From positions 24,815,649 to 24,879,648 of the forward strand of contig NC_092398.1 in NCBI RefSeq assembly GCF_030028105.1: a stretch of 64,000 nt of DNA, in the 5' to 3' direction. Both the position numbers and the translations under genes were made by a program. Shown here piece by piece: positions 50,453 through 64,000 of the stretch. The stretch's first letter is position 1, and every line of letters begins with the position of its first letter. The stretch is from Mobula birostris. Its lineage: Eukaryota. A model generated the notes under the pieces. It was not told where the DNA came from. It worked only from the letters and a program-made list of their open reading frames with translations, and searched no databases.

Positions 50453-53400
50453 TTCATCATCAGTCCGATGAGCCCTGAGCCCAGACTCTCGTTTTGTGGC
50501 CACTGTCCACGGCTCTCTGGGTAACCGAGACATTTCCTCCAGCCAAGATAGCGCCGAGTTTCAGTCTCTATCGAGGTTGTGGCTCAGACTGAAACTGATA
50601 TCGTAGGTTCGTATCAATGTTTTTGGTGACAGAGGGAGGTTTCACTGGTCAGGTTAGGATTTAGCGACAGGAATGTGGGGCAATTAGAGATCAGGCCAGG
50701 TCTAGGGCTTTACTCCACGAGCGAAGGCCACAGATGACGTGAATGAAGGACTTTCATGGATGGGTGTCCAGTTGGCGAACATGTTGGACAAAGACTAGCT
50801 GGTTATCCTCCACACCCTGGGTCAGTCAGTTCGCTATATAAGCAGTGTGATTGGACGTCGAGGAGGGCTGGTGGCCCCTTAGCTACTCTAGTTGGTGTGT
50901 CTGGAGTAGGGCTCTAATGCCATCGATGAGGCCGGAGTACGAGGACTGAAGTACAGGGTCCCATCATCATTGTGCCGTGCGGTCATGGACTGAAGGTCGA
51001 TCGCGAGTCTGGAAATTGAGACCCGATGGCCTCCGACGCTGGGTCACCAACAGCCCCAGCCAGCCGGCCTTTCCTGGGTTTGGAGGACGGTCTGTGTGTG
51101 CGGGCGTGCGTGGCGGGTCAGCGGGTGAGAGGGAGGTACAAGGTTTCCTTTGCTGTTGTTCTGCTGAATGTGGTGGGCAAGCTACGTCGGCGTCAGAATG
51201 TGTGACAAGACTGGCGGGCTGCACCCAACACAGCCTACTGGTTGTTTCGATACACACACACAATATATCAATCAGTCCGAATCTGGGGCCGTGGGACCCA
51301 CTTCTGGAGCGAGCTGAGATTAAGATCTCAGAAGCCGCTCTTGGAGTCTTCGGGAACTGCTACGCTGTGGGAGACGGTAGCGATGATGTGAAGGCGCAGC
51401 GAGGGAAGGGCACTGCCGGGGCGGGTGGGGAATGGTACCGAGGGATTGCGGCACTGCGAGAAGAGCGGGGAAATATGGCACTGCTGAGCTTTGTCAGGAA
51501 CGCCACTCTGATGCAGTCTTCTAGAGTAGACGCTGCAGGTTCACATCAGCAAGTCAGGAAACAGTTGTATAAAACTTTGGAATGGGTGCACTTGGTTTAA
51601 CTGTGTGCAGTTCTGACCATTCCATTACAGGAAAGATGCGGAGGAGTGGAGTTTACAGAGAAAATAGAACACATCACAGCACAGAAAAGGTCGTGCGGCC
51701 CACAATGTAATTTGGAAGGTTCGGGGGTGGAATCTCATTGAAACCTTTCAAATGTTGAAAGGCCTAGACAGAGTATATGTGGGAAGGATGTGTCCCATGG
51801 TAGGGGAAGTCTAGGACAAGAGGGCACAGCCTCAGGATAGAGGGGCATCCATTTAAAACAGAGATGTGCAGAAATTTCTTTAGCCAGAGTCTGGAGAATT
51901 TGTCGAATCTGTCAGCTGTGGAGGCCAGGTCGTTGGGTGGATTTAAGGAAGAGCTTGATAGGTTCTTTACTGGACACAGCATCAAAGGTTACGGGGAGTG
52001 GGGCTGTCGCGGGGGCGGGGGGGTGGATCAGCCATGATTGAGTGGCAGAGCAGATTTGATGAGCCAAATAACATAATTCTTCCCCCATGTGTTAGGATGT
52101 TATGTTATGTCCAGCTATTTACCTACTCTAAGATTAATCCAACCCTTCCGTCCTACATAGCCCTCCATTGTTCTATCATCCATTTGCCTGTCCAAGAGTT
52201 TCTTAAATGTCCCCAAAGTATGTGTGTCCACTACCACCCCGCTGATGCGTCCCGCGCACCCACCACTCTCTGTGTGAAAAACCTACCTCTGACATACCCT
52301 CTATACTTTCCTCTAATCGCCTTAAAATTATACCCCATCATATTAGGCATTTCCGCCCTGAGATAAAGCCTCTGGCTGTCCACTCGATCGATGCATATTA
52401 TCGCCTTGCGCACCTCTATCAGGTCACCTTTATCAGGTCCTTTGCTGCGGAGAGAAAAGCCCCAGCTTTCTGAACCTGTCTTCATGCGACATGCTCTCTA
52501 ATCCAGGCAGCATTCTGGTAAATCTTCTCTGCACCCTCTCTAAATGAAGTGGTCTGAACTAAACACAATGCTTCAAGTGTGATCTAACTGGAGTTCTGTG
52601 GATATGAAACATTATCTGATGGATCTGAAACGTAATCCTCCGACTGATGACGGCCAATACTCCTTATGCTTTCTTCACCGTTCTCTCGCCTTGCTACCGA
52701 CTTTGAGGCATCTATGGGCTCCGTCTCTGTTCCTCCGCACTGCTAAAAGTTCTGACATAAACTCTGCCTTCAAGTTCAACCTTACAAAGTGAGTTATTTC
52801 ACACTTTTCTGCGTAACACTCTGAGGTGTCAGAGTTCAGTGAATCAGCGATGACAGACTCTTTGGAGAGGGTGCAGAAAATGGGGCAAGTACGACTCAAG
52901 GGTTGAAACGGCTTCTAGATGGGCACGGGATAGAGGTACAGGAGCAGTATGACTTGGTCTGGCAGCATGGGCACGGACCTCATCTCTCTGGCTGTGAAAC
53001 TGCAGAGGACCCTGCCACCACCGGGGTCTCATCACAAAGACAACAGCCGTTTACAGTTTACTGTTTACCGTTTACCTCTGTTGAGCGCTACACCGACATT
53101 GAATTATACTTATAAACTTAACTGTGGCAATATTTTGTGTCATGCGCTGTGTATGATGTATATTTTGTATGTTTCCGTGGTCCCGGGGAGCAATGCTTCG
53201 TTTGATCGTATATATGTACCGCCAGATGATAACAAATGTGAACTTGAGAAGGAGAAAGGATAAGTGACGTGTAGAAGTTAAATATATCATGCACTGCGTG
53301 ATTGTTGACTGGAAATCGTTGTCATACAGACTCATAGATGGTGATTTAAAGGAACATCTGAAAATATATGGACGGACACAAACGCAAGCGAAGGCTGGGG

Positions 53401-54775
53401 TGACAAGTGTATTTACCTATGACAGGATTGTGTTGAAAACTTGGCAGATGAAGGTTAATCCCGAATCAGTGGCCTGCTACACACTGTGCGTGGGGTGAGG
53501 TTAAATGCAATCATAAAGTATTTATTGAATGGACTGGATGCTTGGAAGTGTTAATGAACAGTCGGAACTTTGGCTGGACCTCCATGTCTTTCTGAATGTA
53601 ACATGGCACGGAGAGATGTTGGTAAAGAAGGAGTAAGCATCCTTCTCTTAAATGGTCGTATTTTTAGTGATGTTCAGTAAGTCTTGCAGCAACTGCGTGA
53701 ATGATTGAACGTCGATATCTCCGACTTCCAGTTCATTTTCCCCCTCTATTTTCCATTACTTTAATTCTCCACTCTGCCCCCACTTACTTCCTCTCTCTTC
53801 TCCCGGCGCATTTCCTCCGCATACTGCCCCGTTCCTCTCTCCTGTGATCCACTCGCTTTTCCGATCTGATCCCTTCTTCTGCTATTTGTCTTCCACTTAT
53901 CACCACCTAACATTGCTTCACACCCCTCTGGTATTCACTACTTTAACTGCCACGTTCTAGTCTGTACACATTCTCCTCCGTCCACCTCATTACTCTGATT
54001 TCTTTCCTCTTCCTTTCCAGTTTCGATGAAGGGTTCCGGAAAACTCGACTGTTTATTCATTTATATAGATTCTGCCTGAGCTAATGACCCCCCACGATTT
54101 TGTATGCGCTGCTGAGGATGCTTAGCATCTGCAAAATCTCTTCGCTGCAGACATACGCACATTTGGACCGTCGTTCATTTGGTCTTCTAAGCATCACTTA
54201 GACAGATTATTGATTAAGCAGAGATTGACCATGGAGACGCACATGAGGAGTTTCAATTAGGGTTATTGTTGGCACCCCAATCATGTGCCGAACGGTCTAT
54301 TCCTGTGCTGGACTCATCTGTATTCATCATTTTCACCCACGTATTTATAAAATTGAGTTAAGTGCGGATTCTTTGATACGATTACTGGGCCAGACAGCCC
54401 TGTTTCCCATACTTCTTGAGAGACAAACAGAATGATAGAATGCGGCATACAACTGCTGATATTTATTCCGCGACATAGAAGCTAGTCGTTTTTAAAGGAG
54501 CGGGAAGTTGAGGGAGGAAGTTACATTTTAAGACTATATTATTTTTTTTTTATTTATCGATACAGCAGGGTTGCAGGGGTTCCCACCAGAACCTTCACGT
54601 CTTTGGAATGTGTATGCAACAGAGGCATCTGGAGTAAACCTCCGCCGTCGCCGATAGATCGCACAAAATTCATAGAGACGGCTGTGGGGACTGAAAGCGC
54701 GCCTCAGGCGCTGTGAAGCATTGTGCCGACCACTACGCTACGTTTAATTGGTGGACTTAGTTTCCGATTAGCTTG

Positions 54776-55674
54776 TCACACCAGGCGAGAGAATGGAGAT
54801 TTCAACACCTCCCGCATCTGCTCCCTGAACTTCTTCTGGGTCAAGGCGTAAAGAGCCGTGTTTGTGCAGCAGCTCAGAAGCTGCAGCATGTAGCCCAGCT
54901 CCCTCATGGTCGAAGGTGGGAACAAGGCATACCTCAGATATGATAAACGAAAAAAATATGATCGTATCCACACAGTATGCACAACAAAAACCACCCACAA
55001 CACGATGAAATTCGCCGACACGACCAACAGTAAAATGAGCGACTTCCTCCGGCTTTGCATCTCCGGGTCTTTGGAGCCATCCCCATTGCTGTTATTCCGG
55101 AGTCTCCTCCGAGATCTGCTCGCCACTACCACGTGTCTGATGGTCAAAGCATTGAGCAGCAGAACGACCACAAACGGGATCACAGGCGTCAGAAAGAAGC
55201 TGCAAGACTCGACTACTGTCCATGCAACTGAGAACAGAACACCGTCTCTTCCGTGGCAAAACCAAGGGACGTTATTAAACTGGTAGCGTCCTGAGAGCAA
55301 AAAATACCAGAAAATGTTCTTTAAACAGCTCAGGGCGGCCACAGTCCACAGAACAACAGCCGCGGTTCTCTCGGTGCAGTATTTAGCTTTCAGATTCTGG
55401 TAGCGAATAGCCACGAATCGGTCGAAGGTGAACATGACGGTGAACCAGACGGAGCAGTCGTTGGCTGTGTAACGTAGGACGGCGTGGATATTACACACGG
55501 GGATGTTCATCAGGAATATAAACGCTCCCCAAAAAACAATAGGAATCTGCCTCAATACCAGGTCAAAGACAACAACGAGAAGATCCGCCATTGCCATGGC
55601 CATCAAGTAACGAGCGACGCCTTTCGAAAGACCGCACTTTCCCTGAGACAGGACCACAATCGTCAGCACGTTCA
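54776..55674 (-). CDS. GPR139/GPR142-like GPCR, copy 3, exon 2
   Basis: Intact ORF and acceptor; 8 aa differences from copy 1 and 12 from copy 2. Confidence 0.93.
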
Positions 55675-56585
55675 CTATTGGGATTGAAAGAAACACAAGC
55701 ATGTTTGTGGGCAAGGAATACTGTCAGCACAGTCACAGACAGAAAGTATAGAAACATGTTTTTGAACGCAGAATGGAAGACTGCGGTTTTACAGCATCAG
55801 TGATGCCTGCTGGTGACGAGGATTATAGCTCAGTGAAATCGACAAAGAACTGGAAAATAACGTCACAACGCCAAACAACGAACAGCTGAGAAAATGTGCT
55901 CTCGGATTTCGGTGAAGATGGATTTGAAATAGGGCTCGAAATTGGTCATTGAATTGGAATTGCTTTACTATTACGGAAGTGGCATCACAAGGGTACAGGG
56001 AAACACGCGTCTCCACAATATGCATACAGATCAATTCTTTACTCAGTGCTTTGAGGCGTGACGTAATATCAGCTCAGGCTCTCCGGCTTCTTCTGCCGGT
56101 CTTTTAAATTTATACAATATTTCGGAAGCCATCCATTTTAAACTGCAATCCAAATTGGGAGTTCGGTATCTAAAGCTGCAAGGGAGGCTTACTCAGTTGA
56201 AAATTTTAAACGCCAGCTCAGAAGATCTTTATTTAACCTTGATTTTAAAAGGAATTATTTTGTCTGCTCTTTTCATGTTATTTCTGTTTGTATTATAAAA
56301 GCACATTAAAACTTCGCCTATTTGGAAAGTGCTCTAATTATTATTATTATTATTTTTATTGTTGCTGTTTTTGTTGTTGTGATTGTTGTTGTTTAAAGAA
56401 AAAAAAAACAGGGAGATAAATGTTATTGACCGAGTCTGTCAATGTATTACAGGATCATCATCAAAAGTTCAGTTAGTGAGGACGATGGACTGCGTTAACC
56501 GGAAAATATCATTAAATTGCAAACTATCAAATCTGTTTACAGGAACCCGTGATCACTGCTTCTCCTTCTCTGGTCAGCAACTTAC

Positions 56586-56766
56586 CGGGAAATGCAACCA
56601 AAGCGAGAAGGGGATAGTAGATGGGCTGAATTGTCCGGAGTAAATACCAGATCCGTCTGTCTGCTGGTATCCAAGGGTCATTCGAAAAAATATAGGGAGC
56701 CAGGCTGAAGACACCCTTCTCTGTCCCTGGAACATTCCATGTTCCTATTTCTCGTTCCTGAACCAT
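56586..56766 (-). CDS. GPCR copy 3, exon 1
   Basis: 181 nt with ATG and CCCG|GTAAGT donor intact. Intron is 911 bp. Confidence 0.9.
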
Positions 56767-59677
56767 TGCCCGTCACCGTTCCCAGATTCCAGTCGGTGAC
56801 CGGCGATTCTCACGCTGCACATGTGACCGTTCACGTAAAATTCCACTTTGATGTTCGCAGTTCCCCAATTTTTGTCTTCCGCTGTCGAGCCACTGCGGTC
56901 CGTATGTGACGGAGGGGTTGTTCTCGCTAACACTATGAAACTTAATCGAAAGGAGCAATTTTAAATACAGCTGCTAATCCCCCAGTGAGACAACCAGGCT
57001 CCATACGGGCTGACGTTAATTAACATACATCTACGGTTAACCCCTTTGGATCCGGATCGCGGGTGCCAAAGGTAAAACGAATTATTAAACAGGGTGGTGA
57101 TGTCTAGGATATATGTCCACCGATCTCGGACATTGGTTCTCCATTATCTTGCAGGAGACAGAATAGCCTGCAAGCACGTACCATTCGGCTCAGTAACACC
57201 TTCAATCACGACATTATTAAAATATTCAACCCTTCCCCCTGACGATTAGATGGACTCTTGATATGGCAATCTGCCTCACTCTGACTTTGCAATTTGTTGT
57301 TCCCTTGCGCCGCACCTTCTCTGTAACTGCAGCACTTTATTCTGCATTCTGTCATTGTATGACCCGGAAATCAATGCACTGAGGCAATCATTCTTTTTTT
57401 TTGAATGAGGAGTGTGTAAAACAAGGTTGTTTTCTTTTCCCAGCATCGACAAATACAATGAAGTCCCGTGTACCATCAGTGTCCCACCAGGCAAGATGCT
57501 GCGCAGCGTCCTCACCAGGACCAGCAGTATCTAAAACAGTTACTTTCTCCAGACAGTAAGGTTGATCGACACTTATACCGACCAACACATTCCACCAGCT
57601 CCCTCTACCATCCAACACCACTACTTTATCATTTCCTATCAGTAAACATGTGAACAGCCCTTAGAGTCACGTTGTAGACATATCAATCTCTGAATATGAA
57701 CTATATATGTATTTATATTCATTGTCCTTTTTATTACTGTGCTCTTTGCCCTATTGTGTTTTCTGGCGCTGCAATGGATCCGGAGTAACAACTGTTTCGT
57801 TCTCCTTTGCGCTTGTGTAATGGAAATAATACTGAACAATTCTGAATCTTGAATAATAAACCCATTTACTAATTGAGCACTCTGCAGTGTGATGGACCAA
57901 TCGGTTAGGGAGCGGCTTGCAGGTCTGATGAAAGGCTCAGAGGGGATCCTTTCTTTCGACGGGAGGAGGCTGATGGAAACCTTGCAACTTTGCTCCAGCT
58001 AATCTGACGTCACTGCGTCGGCGATGAAGGAGTGGATCATGTTGTATCGGATGAGTGACAATTCGGAAATTATGCGGTCGAAATTGCTTTATTTATGAAA
58101 GGGATTTGGACCAAATCTGTATTAAAGTTCAACATATATTAAATCCCGTTTAAACGCCCATCCACTCGACTGAAACAATGACAACAAACACAGACTGTTG
58201 GAGGAGCTCGGCAGATCAGGCAGCCTATGTGGAAGTGAATAAACAGTGGACGTTTCCGGTCGAGAACTTTCATCTGGACCGAAGATGAAGCAGGCACACG
58301 CCAGAAGAAATGGTGAGGGAGGCGATAAGAAATACAGACCGGTATGAGATACTTGTAGCCAAGTGAGCCGGTAAATGGGTGGGTGGGGAAGAGGGATGAA
58401 GTAAAGACGTTGTAGTTGATATTTGGAAAAAATAAGAGCAAGAGAAGAAGGAATCTGATAAGAGAGGGGAATAGACCATGGGGGAAATTGAAGGAGGTGG
58501 TCACAAGGGGGAGGTGATCTGCTTGTGAGGGAATGAAGGAAGAGTGGTGTCAGAATGGATAATTGAAGAAAAGGGAAGGGGAGGGGAGAAAATTATCGGA
58601 AAACATTAAAAAATTGACATTTTTCTTTTTATGCACCTACCATATCAAAAATATTTCCACGATTAAACCGGTTAGTACATCTGATGTGCTGCGTTTGGAT
58701 CACATCGCAGGAAAATATAAGCAAGCCTACCAATATTTCGTCATAACCTGCAACCCAACAGATTGCCCAGAGATTCTCCTCCGCAATGCTTTGCATCCTC
58801 CTGTACAACGGTGACCAGAATTACCCACAGTACTCTACAAGCGGGCAACGTAATGTTATGCACATATCTTCATTATGATGCTGTAATTTGTGGGTTCAAT
58901 ACCTCACCCTGGGTCCCTTTCACTTTCCAGTTTTACTCTTTATACTCACAGGTACGCCCTGTCCTTCGCCTGTTGATCACTATGTTAACACTCTCTCACT
59001 CGCCGTCTCTTCTTTCTGTTCGACTGCTGCTAGTTGTCGACGAAATGTCTGGATATTATCCCTGCTCTAGTTTATGGGCACAACGCTGTGAACCTTCATC
59101 GTTATTCGCGCCTGTGTTTCCTTTTCTTACAATTCTCCACCCTCTCTATCCTTACCCTCTCTCCTTGTCCCTGACTCTCACTCTCTCTCTCTCTCTAGCT
59201 GTGCTCCAGACCCCCTTGCTGTGTTGGCATCCATTGTGCGCACACCAGACAGCAGTACAAATAGGGCTCAATGTTGAGGGATGTGTGCACACAGAACAAA
59301 CAAGCGCACAGCGGCGGTGTAGAGAGGACTCAAGTGCACTGGGGACAGTTTTCGGATGTGTCTGGACAGACCGGACCAGTTAACGATGAAATTTCTTTTG
59401 CCACACCTGCCATTGGAAAACATACTTCCGTGATTAATCCCGTCTGTGCATTTCATCAACTGATGTATTTCCTTCGGGTCACCTTGCACGGAAGTTACGA
59501 TCAACCTGTCCAATAGAGAGAGTCGTGGTGTAATAGAAAAGTACAGCACAGGAGAAGACCCTTCGGCCAATCTAGTCTGAGCCGAACCAATTAAACTTCT
59601 ACTCCCCTCGACCTACACGCCTATCACAGCCCTCCCTAACCCAGGCATCCGTTTATCTATCAAAGCGTCTCTCAGAC

Positions 59678-60835
59678 CAGAGGTTCGCAACCATCGGGCC
59701 GCAGATCGGTACCGGGCCGCAAAGCATGTGCTACCGGGCCGCGAGGAAACCTTTCCTCATTCCCTGTCACGTACTTTTGAGCCATTACGCATGCGAGGTC
59801 ATTAACCGCGCTTCATCCATCTCACCGCGGGAAGGAGATCAATTCCCCGAGCTTGCAAATGACGGCAGGCTGAAAAGTATGTTTGACATAACATCTCAGC
59901 CAGCATTCTCGATCAAAGTCAAGGCTAGATAACCTGAGATAGCCACGAAAGCACTGAAAACGCTGCTTCCATTTCCAAACTATCTCTGCGAAGCAGGCTT
60001 TTCTGCAATGAATGCAACGAAAACTAAATTGCGGAATAGACTGGACATAAGTAACCCCCTTCGAGTACCGCTGTCTCCCATCACCCCCCGATAGGACCGT
60101 CTCCTTGCAGGGAAACAAGCCCAGGGCTCCCAATGATTCACCGATATTGGTGTGTTGCAATGATTCTATATGTTCATACGGGGAAAATATGTGTTGTGTG
60201 TTTAATATCCAAACGTTACTTAGAATGTTATGATGCTATTGACTTATATAACCACATAACAATTACAGCACAGAAACAAACCACCTCTGCCCTTCTCGTC
60301 CGTGCCGAACGCTTACTCTCACCTAGTCCCAACGTTCAGCACTCAGCCCACAACCTGTCCTTTCCTGTCCATATATCTATGCATTTTTTCTATAAATGAT
60401 AATATCGAACCTGCCTCTACCACTTCTACTGGAATCTCCTTCAACACTTACTTCAAGCTCCCCTGTCCTCCCCTGATAACTGATTTATCACTATATTCAT
60501 GCGAGGAAAATATGCGCTGTGTGTTTAATATTAAATTCGCCAGATAAACCCTTTTAGAAAGGAAATTGAGTGCAATAGGCACTTATTACCGATATTCCGG
60601 ATGTGGTTCCCCCGCACCGCCGAACAGAATCACCAAAAGCAATTTGTAGGGGAAAAAATCGTCACGTAAACGCATTCGCACTGGTGCCCGCGCAAGGCTT
60701 CATTCTCATTGAAGTCTTTTTCGGGTAAACACAACGTATTTGTCTGCTACTCTTGTCCGTTGCCAATCCTACTCCCCACCACCACTCCAGCCCCCCAGTC
60801 GGCCGGTCCGCAGTGCAAAAATTTGGGGACCCCTG
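59678..60835 (+). mobile_element. Buster-type element, unit 3
   Basis: Near-identical to 32937-34094. Confidence 0.85.
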
Positions 60836-61156
60836 ATCGTTTGCAGTGCTTTGCTGTTTGAAAGAAGATTCCAGGAAGTGAGTGCAAACTCGAACGGCCT
60901 TAAAGTGAAACAGTTTAGAGGTGGTGCCCCAGCCAATGATAGACTCCATTTCGCCGATTAAAGCATCGAGGAAGATTGAAATCAAGGCGAGTGCAGAAAA
61001 TGAGTGAGGGTTTAAAACTGACTGCTGTTTGATCGCAGGGACGGATCTCTCTGTTGTCAGATGAGTTGTGTAGTACCTTTCACTCACTGTTACCGGAGGG
61101 TAGGCCTCTGTGCTTCAGTGGTCTCTCTATCTCTATCTCTTGACGTTGGTCTGAGG

Positions 61157-63823
61157 ACATAAGCCGGGTAGATGTGGAATCGATATGGGTAGGGCTGCGT
61201 AACACTAAGGGGCAGAAGACGGTGATGGGAGTTGTGTACAGGCCACCTAACAGTAGTAGTGAGGTCGGAGATGGTATTAAACAGGAAATTAGAAATGTGT
61301 GCAATAAAGGAACAGCAGTTACAATGAGTGACTTCAATCTACATGTAGATTGGGTGAACCAAATTGGTAAAGGTGCTGAGGAAGAGGATTTCTTGGAATG
61401 TATGCGGGATGGTTTTTTGAGCCAACATGTCGAGGAACCAACTGGAGAGCAGGCTATTCTGGACTGGGTTCTGAGCAATGAGGAAGGGTTAATTAGCAAT
61501 CTTGTCGTGAGAGGCCCTTTGGGTAAGAGTGACCATAATATGGTGGAATTCTTCATTAAGATGGAGAGTGACATAGTTAATTCAGAAACAAAGGTTCTGA
61601 ATTTAAAAAGGGGTAACTTTGAAGGTATGAGACGTGAATTCGCTAAGATAGACTGGCAAATGACACTTAAAGGATTGACGGTGGATATGCAATGGCAAGC
61701 ATTTAAAGGTTGCATGGATGAACTACAACAATTGTTCATCCCAGTTTGGCAAAAGAATAAATCAAGGAAGGTAGTGCACCCGTGGCTGACAAGAGAAATT
61801 AGGATAGTATCAATTCCAAAGAAGAAGCATACAAATTAGCCAGAAAAAGTAGCTCACCTGAGGACTGGGAGAAATTCAGAGTTCAGCAGAGGAGGACAAA
61901 GGGCTTAATTAGGAAGGGGAAAAAAGATTATGAGAGAAAACTGGCAGGGAACATAAAAACTGACTGTAAAAGCTTTTATAGATATGCAAAAAGGAAAAGA
62001 CTGGTAAAGACAAATGTCGGTCCCCTACAGACAGAAACAGGTGAAATGATTATGGGGAGCAAGGACATGGCAGACCAATTGAATGATTACTTTGGTTCTG
62101 TCTTCACTAAGGAGGACATAAATAATCTTCCAGAAATAGTAGGGGACAGAGGATCTAGTGAGATGGAGGAACTGAGCGAAATACATGTTAGTAGGGAAGT
62201 GGTGTGAGGCAAATTGAAGAGATTAAAGGCAGATAAATCCGCAGGGCCAGATGATCTGCATCCCAGAGTGCTTCAGGAATTAGCCCAAGAAATAGTGGAT
62301 GCATTAGTGATAATTTTTCAAAACTCTTTAGATTCTGGACTAGTTCCTGAGGATTGGAGGGTGGCTAATGTAACCTCACTTTTTAAAAAAGCAGGGAGAG
62401 AGAAACTGGGGAATTATAGACTGGTTAGCCTAACATCGGTGGTGGGGAAAATGCTAGAGTCAGTTACCAAAGATGAGATAACAGCACATTTGGACAGTGG
62501 TGAAATCATCGGACAAAGTGAGCATGGATTTGTGAAAGGAAAATCATGTCTGATGAATCTCATAGAATTTTTTGAGGATGTAACTAGTAGAGTGGACAGG
62601 GGGAGAACCAGTGCATGTGGAATATTTGGATTTTCAAAAGGCTTTTGACAAGGTCCCACACAGGAGATTAGTGTGCAAACTTAAAGCACACGGTATTGGG
62701 GGTAAGGTATTGACGTGGATGGAGAATTGGTTAGCAGACAGGAAGCAAAGAGTGGGAATAAACGGGACCTTTTCAGAATGGCAGGCGGTGACTAGTGGGT
62801 ACCGCAAGGCTCAGTGCTCGGACCCCAGTTGTTTACAATATATATTAATGACTTGGATGAGGGAATTAAATGCAGCATCTCCAAGTTTGCGGATGACACG
62901 AAGCTGGGTGGCAGTGTTAGCTGTGAGGAGGATGCTAAGAGAATGCGGAGTGACTTGGATAGGTTGGGTGAGTGGGCAAATTCATGGCAGATGCAATTTA
63001 ATGTGGATAAATGTGAAGTTATCCACTTTGGTGGCAAAAATAGGAAAACAGATTGTTATCTGAATGGTGGCCGATTAGGAAAAGGGGAGGTGCAACGAGA
63101 CCTGGGTGTCATTATACACCAGTCATTGAAAGTGGGCATACAGGTACAGCAGGCGGTGAAAAAGGCGAATGGTATGCTGGCATTTATAGCAAGAGGATTC
63201 GAGACCAGTAGCAGGGTGGTACTACTGCAGTTGTACAAGGCCTTGGTGAGACCACACCTGGAGTCTTGTGTGCAGTTTTGGTCCCCTAATCTGAGGAAAG
63301 ACAACCTTGCCATAGAGGGAGTACAAAGAAGGTTCACCAGATTGATTCCTGGGATGGCAGGACTTTCATATGAAGAAAGACTGGATGAACTGGGCTTGTA
63401 CTCGTTGAAATTTAGAAGATTGAGGGGGTATCTGATTGAAACGTATAAAATCCTAAAGGGATTGGACAGGCTAGATGCAGGAAGATTGTTCCCGATGTTG
63501 GGGAAGTCCAGAACAAGGGGTCACAGTTTGAGAATAAAGGGGAAGCCTTTTAGGACCGAGATTATGAAAAACTTCTTCACACAGAGAGTGGTGAATCTGT
63601 GGAATTCTCTGCCACAGGAAACAGTTGAGGCCAGTTCATTGGCTATATTTAAGAGGGAGTGAGATATGGCCCTTGTGGCTACGGGGATCAGGGGGTATGG
63701 AGGGAAGGCTGGGGCGGGGTTCTGAGTTGGATGATCAGCCATGATCATAATAAATGGCGGTGCAGGCTCGAAGGGCCGAATGGCCTACTCCTGCATTAAT
63801 TTACTATGTTTCTATGTTTCAAT
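61157..63823 (+). mobile_element. Same CR1 insertion, unit 3
   Basis: Same junctions and the same major disabling lesions as 34416-37081. Confidence 0.95.
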
Positions 63824-64000
63824 GATATCACCGGGGCTCTGCATTTATGCACTGGACGATGGAGTTGTTCAGTCTTATGATGTTTATATTCTCTTTTTTC
63901 GTCAGTTATTTCTCGTTATTGTGTGGCGTGTTTTGTTACTTCTTTGTGTGATAGAAAGGAGTTTGGAGTTTGATGTTCTGGTTCTTGACAGTTTTTTTTT

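Larger units (their letters stand above)
27220..53942. repeat. Tandem segmental duplication, unit 2 (about 26.7 kb)
   Basis: Collinear with unit 1 at roughly 92-96% identity by eye, with private indels in both units. Confidence 0.97.
53943..64000. repeat. Tandem segmental duplication, unit 3 (partial, runs off the window)
   Basis: Collinear with 27220-37260. About 95% identical to unit 2 before about 57,020 and about 98-99% after (by eye). Confidence 0.97.

Noticed and set aside
50297-50533. Poly-Asp ORF
   Set aside because: It is the translation of an (ATC)n microsatellite whose length differs between units.
50977-51600. 207-aa + strand ORF
   Set aside because: No recognisable domain; it runs into CR1 sequence at its end and is mostly deleted in unit 1.
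27220-64000. The array as an assembly artefact (false duplication)
   Set aside because: Units 1 and 2 differ by several percent plus many structural changes. The 98-99% identical stretch after about 57,020 could still be an allelic haplotype join and needs spanning long reads.
1-64000. CRISPR arrays, tRNA/rRNA genes and operons
   Set aside because: None seen; this is repeat-rich vertebrate DNA with spliceosomal introns.

Overview
Vertebrate genomic DNA. The repeat content (CR1 and Rex1/Babar LINEs, hAT transposons) and the receptor family point to a cartilaginous fish, probably a ray (inference). The window is 2.4 copies of a head-to-tail tandem cassette of about 27 kb (offsets 27,219 and about 26,723 bp). 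Each cassette carries, on the minus strand, a two-exon class A orphan GPCR of the GPR139/GPR142-like type (359 aa when spliced; the ORF track misses exon 1). The two complete cassettes also carry two exons of an MHC class I-like gene that the ORF track does not resolve: a 270-nt Ig C1-set (alpha3-like) exon and a 114-nt transmembrane exon. I found no alpha1/alpha2 or leader exons. GPCR copies 1 and 3 look intact, while copy 2 lost its splice donor through a 14-bp deletion. The C1 exon is open in unit 1 and dead in unit 2. The remainder is decayed transposons, whose presence/absence differences and repair junctions record the duplication history. All identity figures are by-eye estimates. No prokaryotic features or CRISPR arrays are present.
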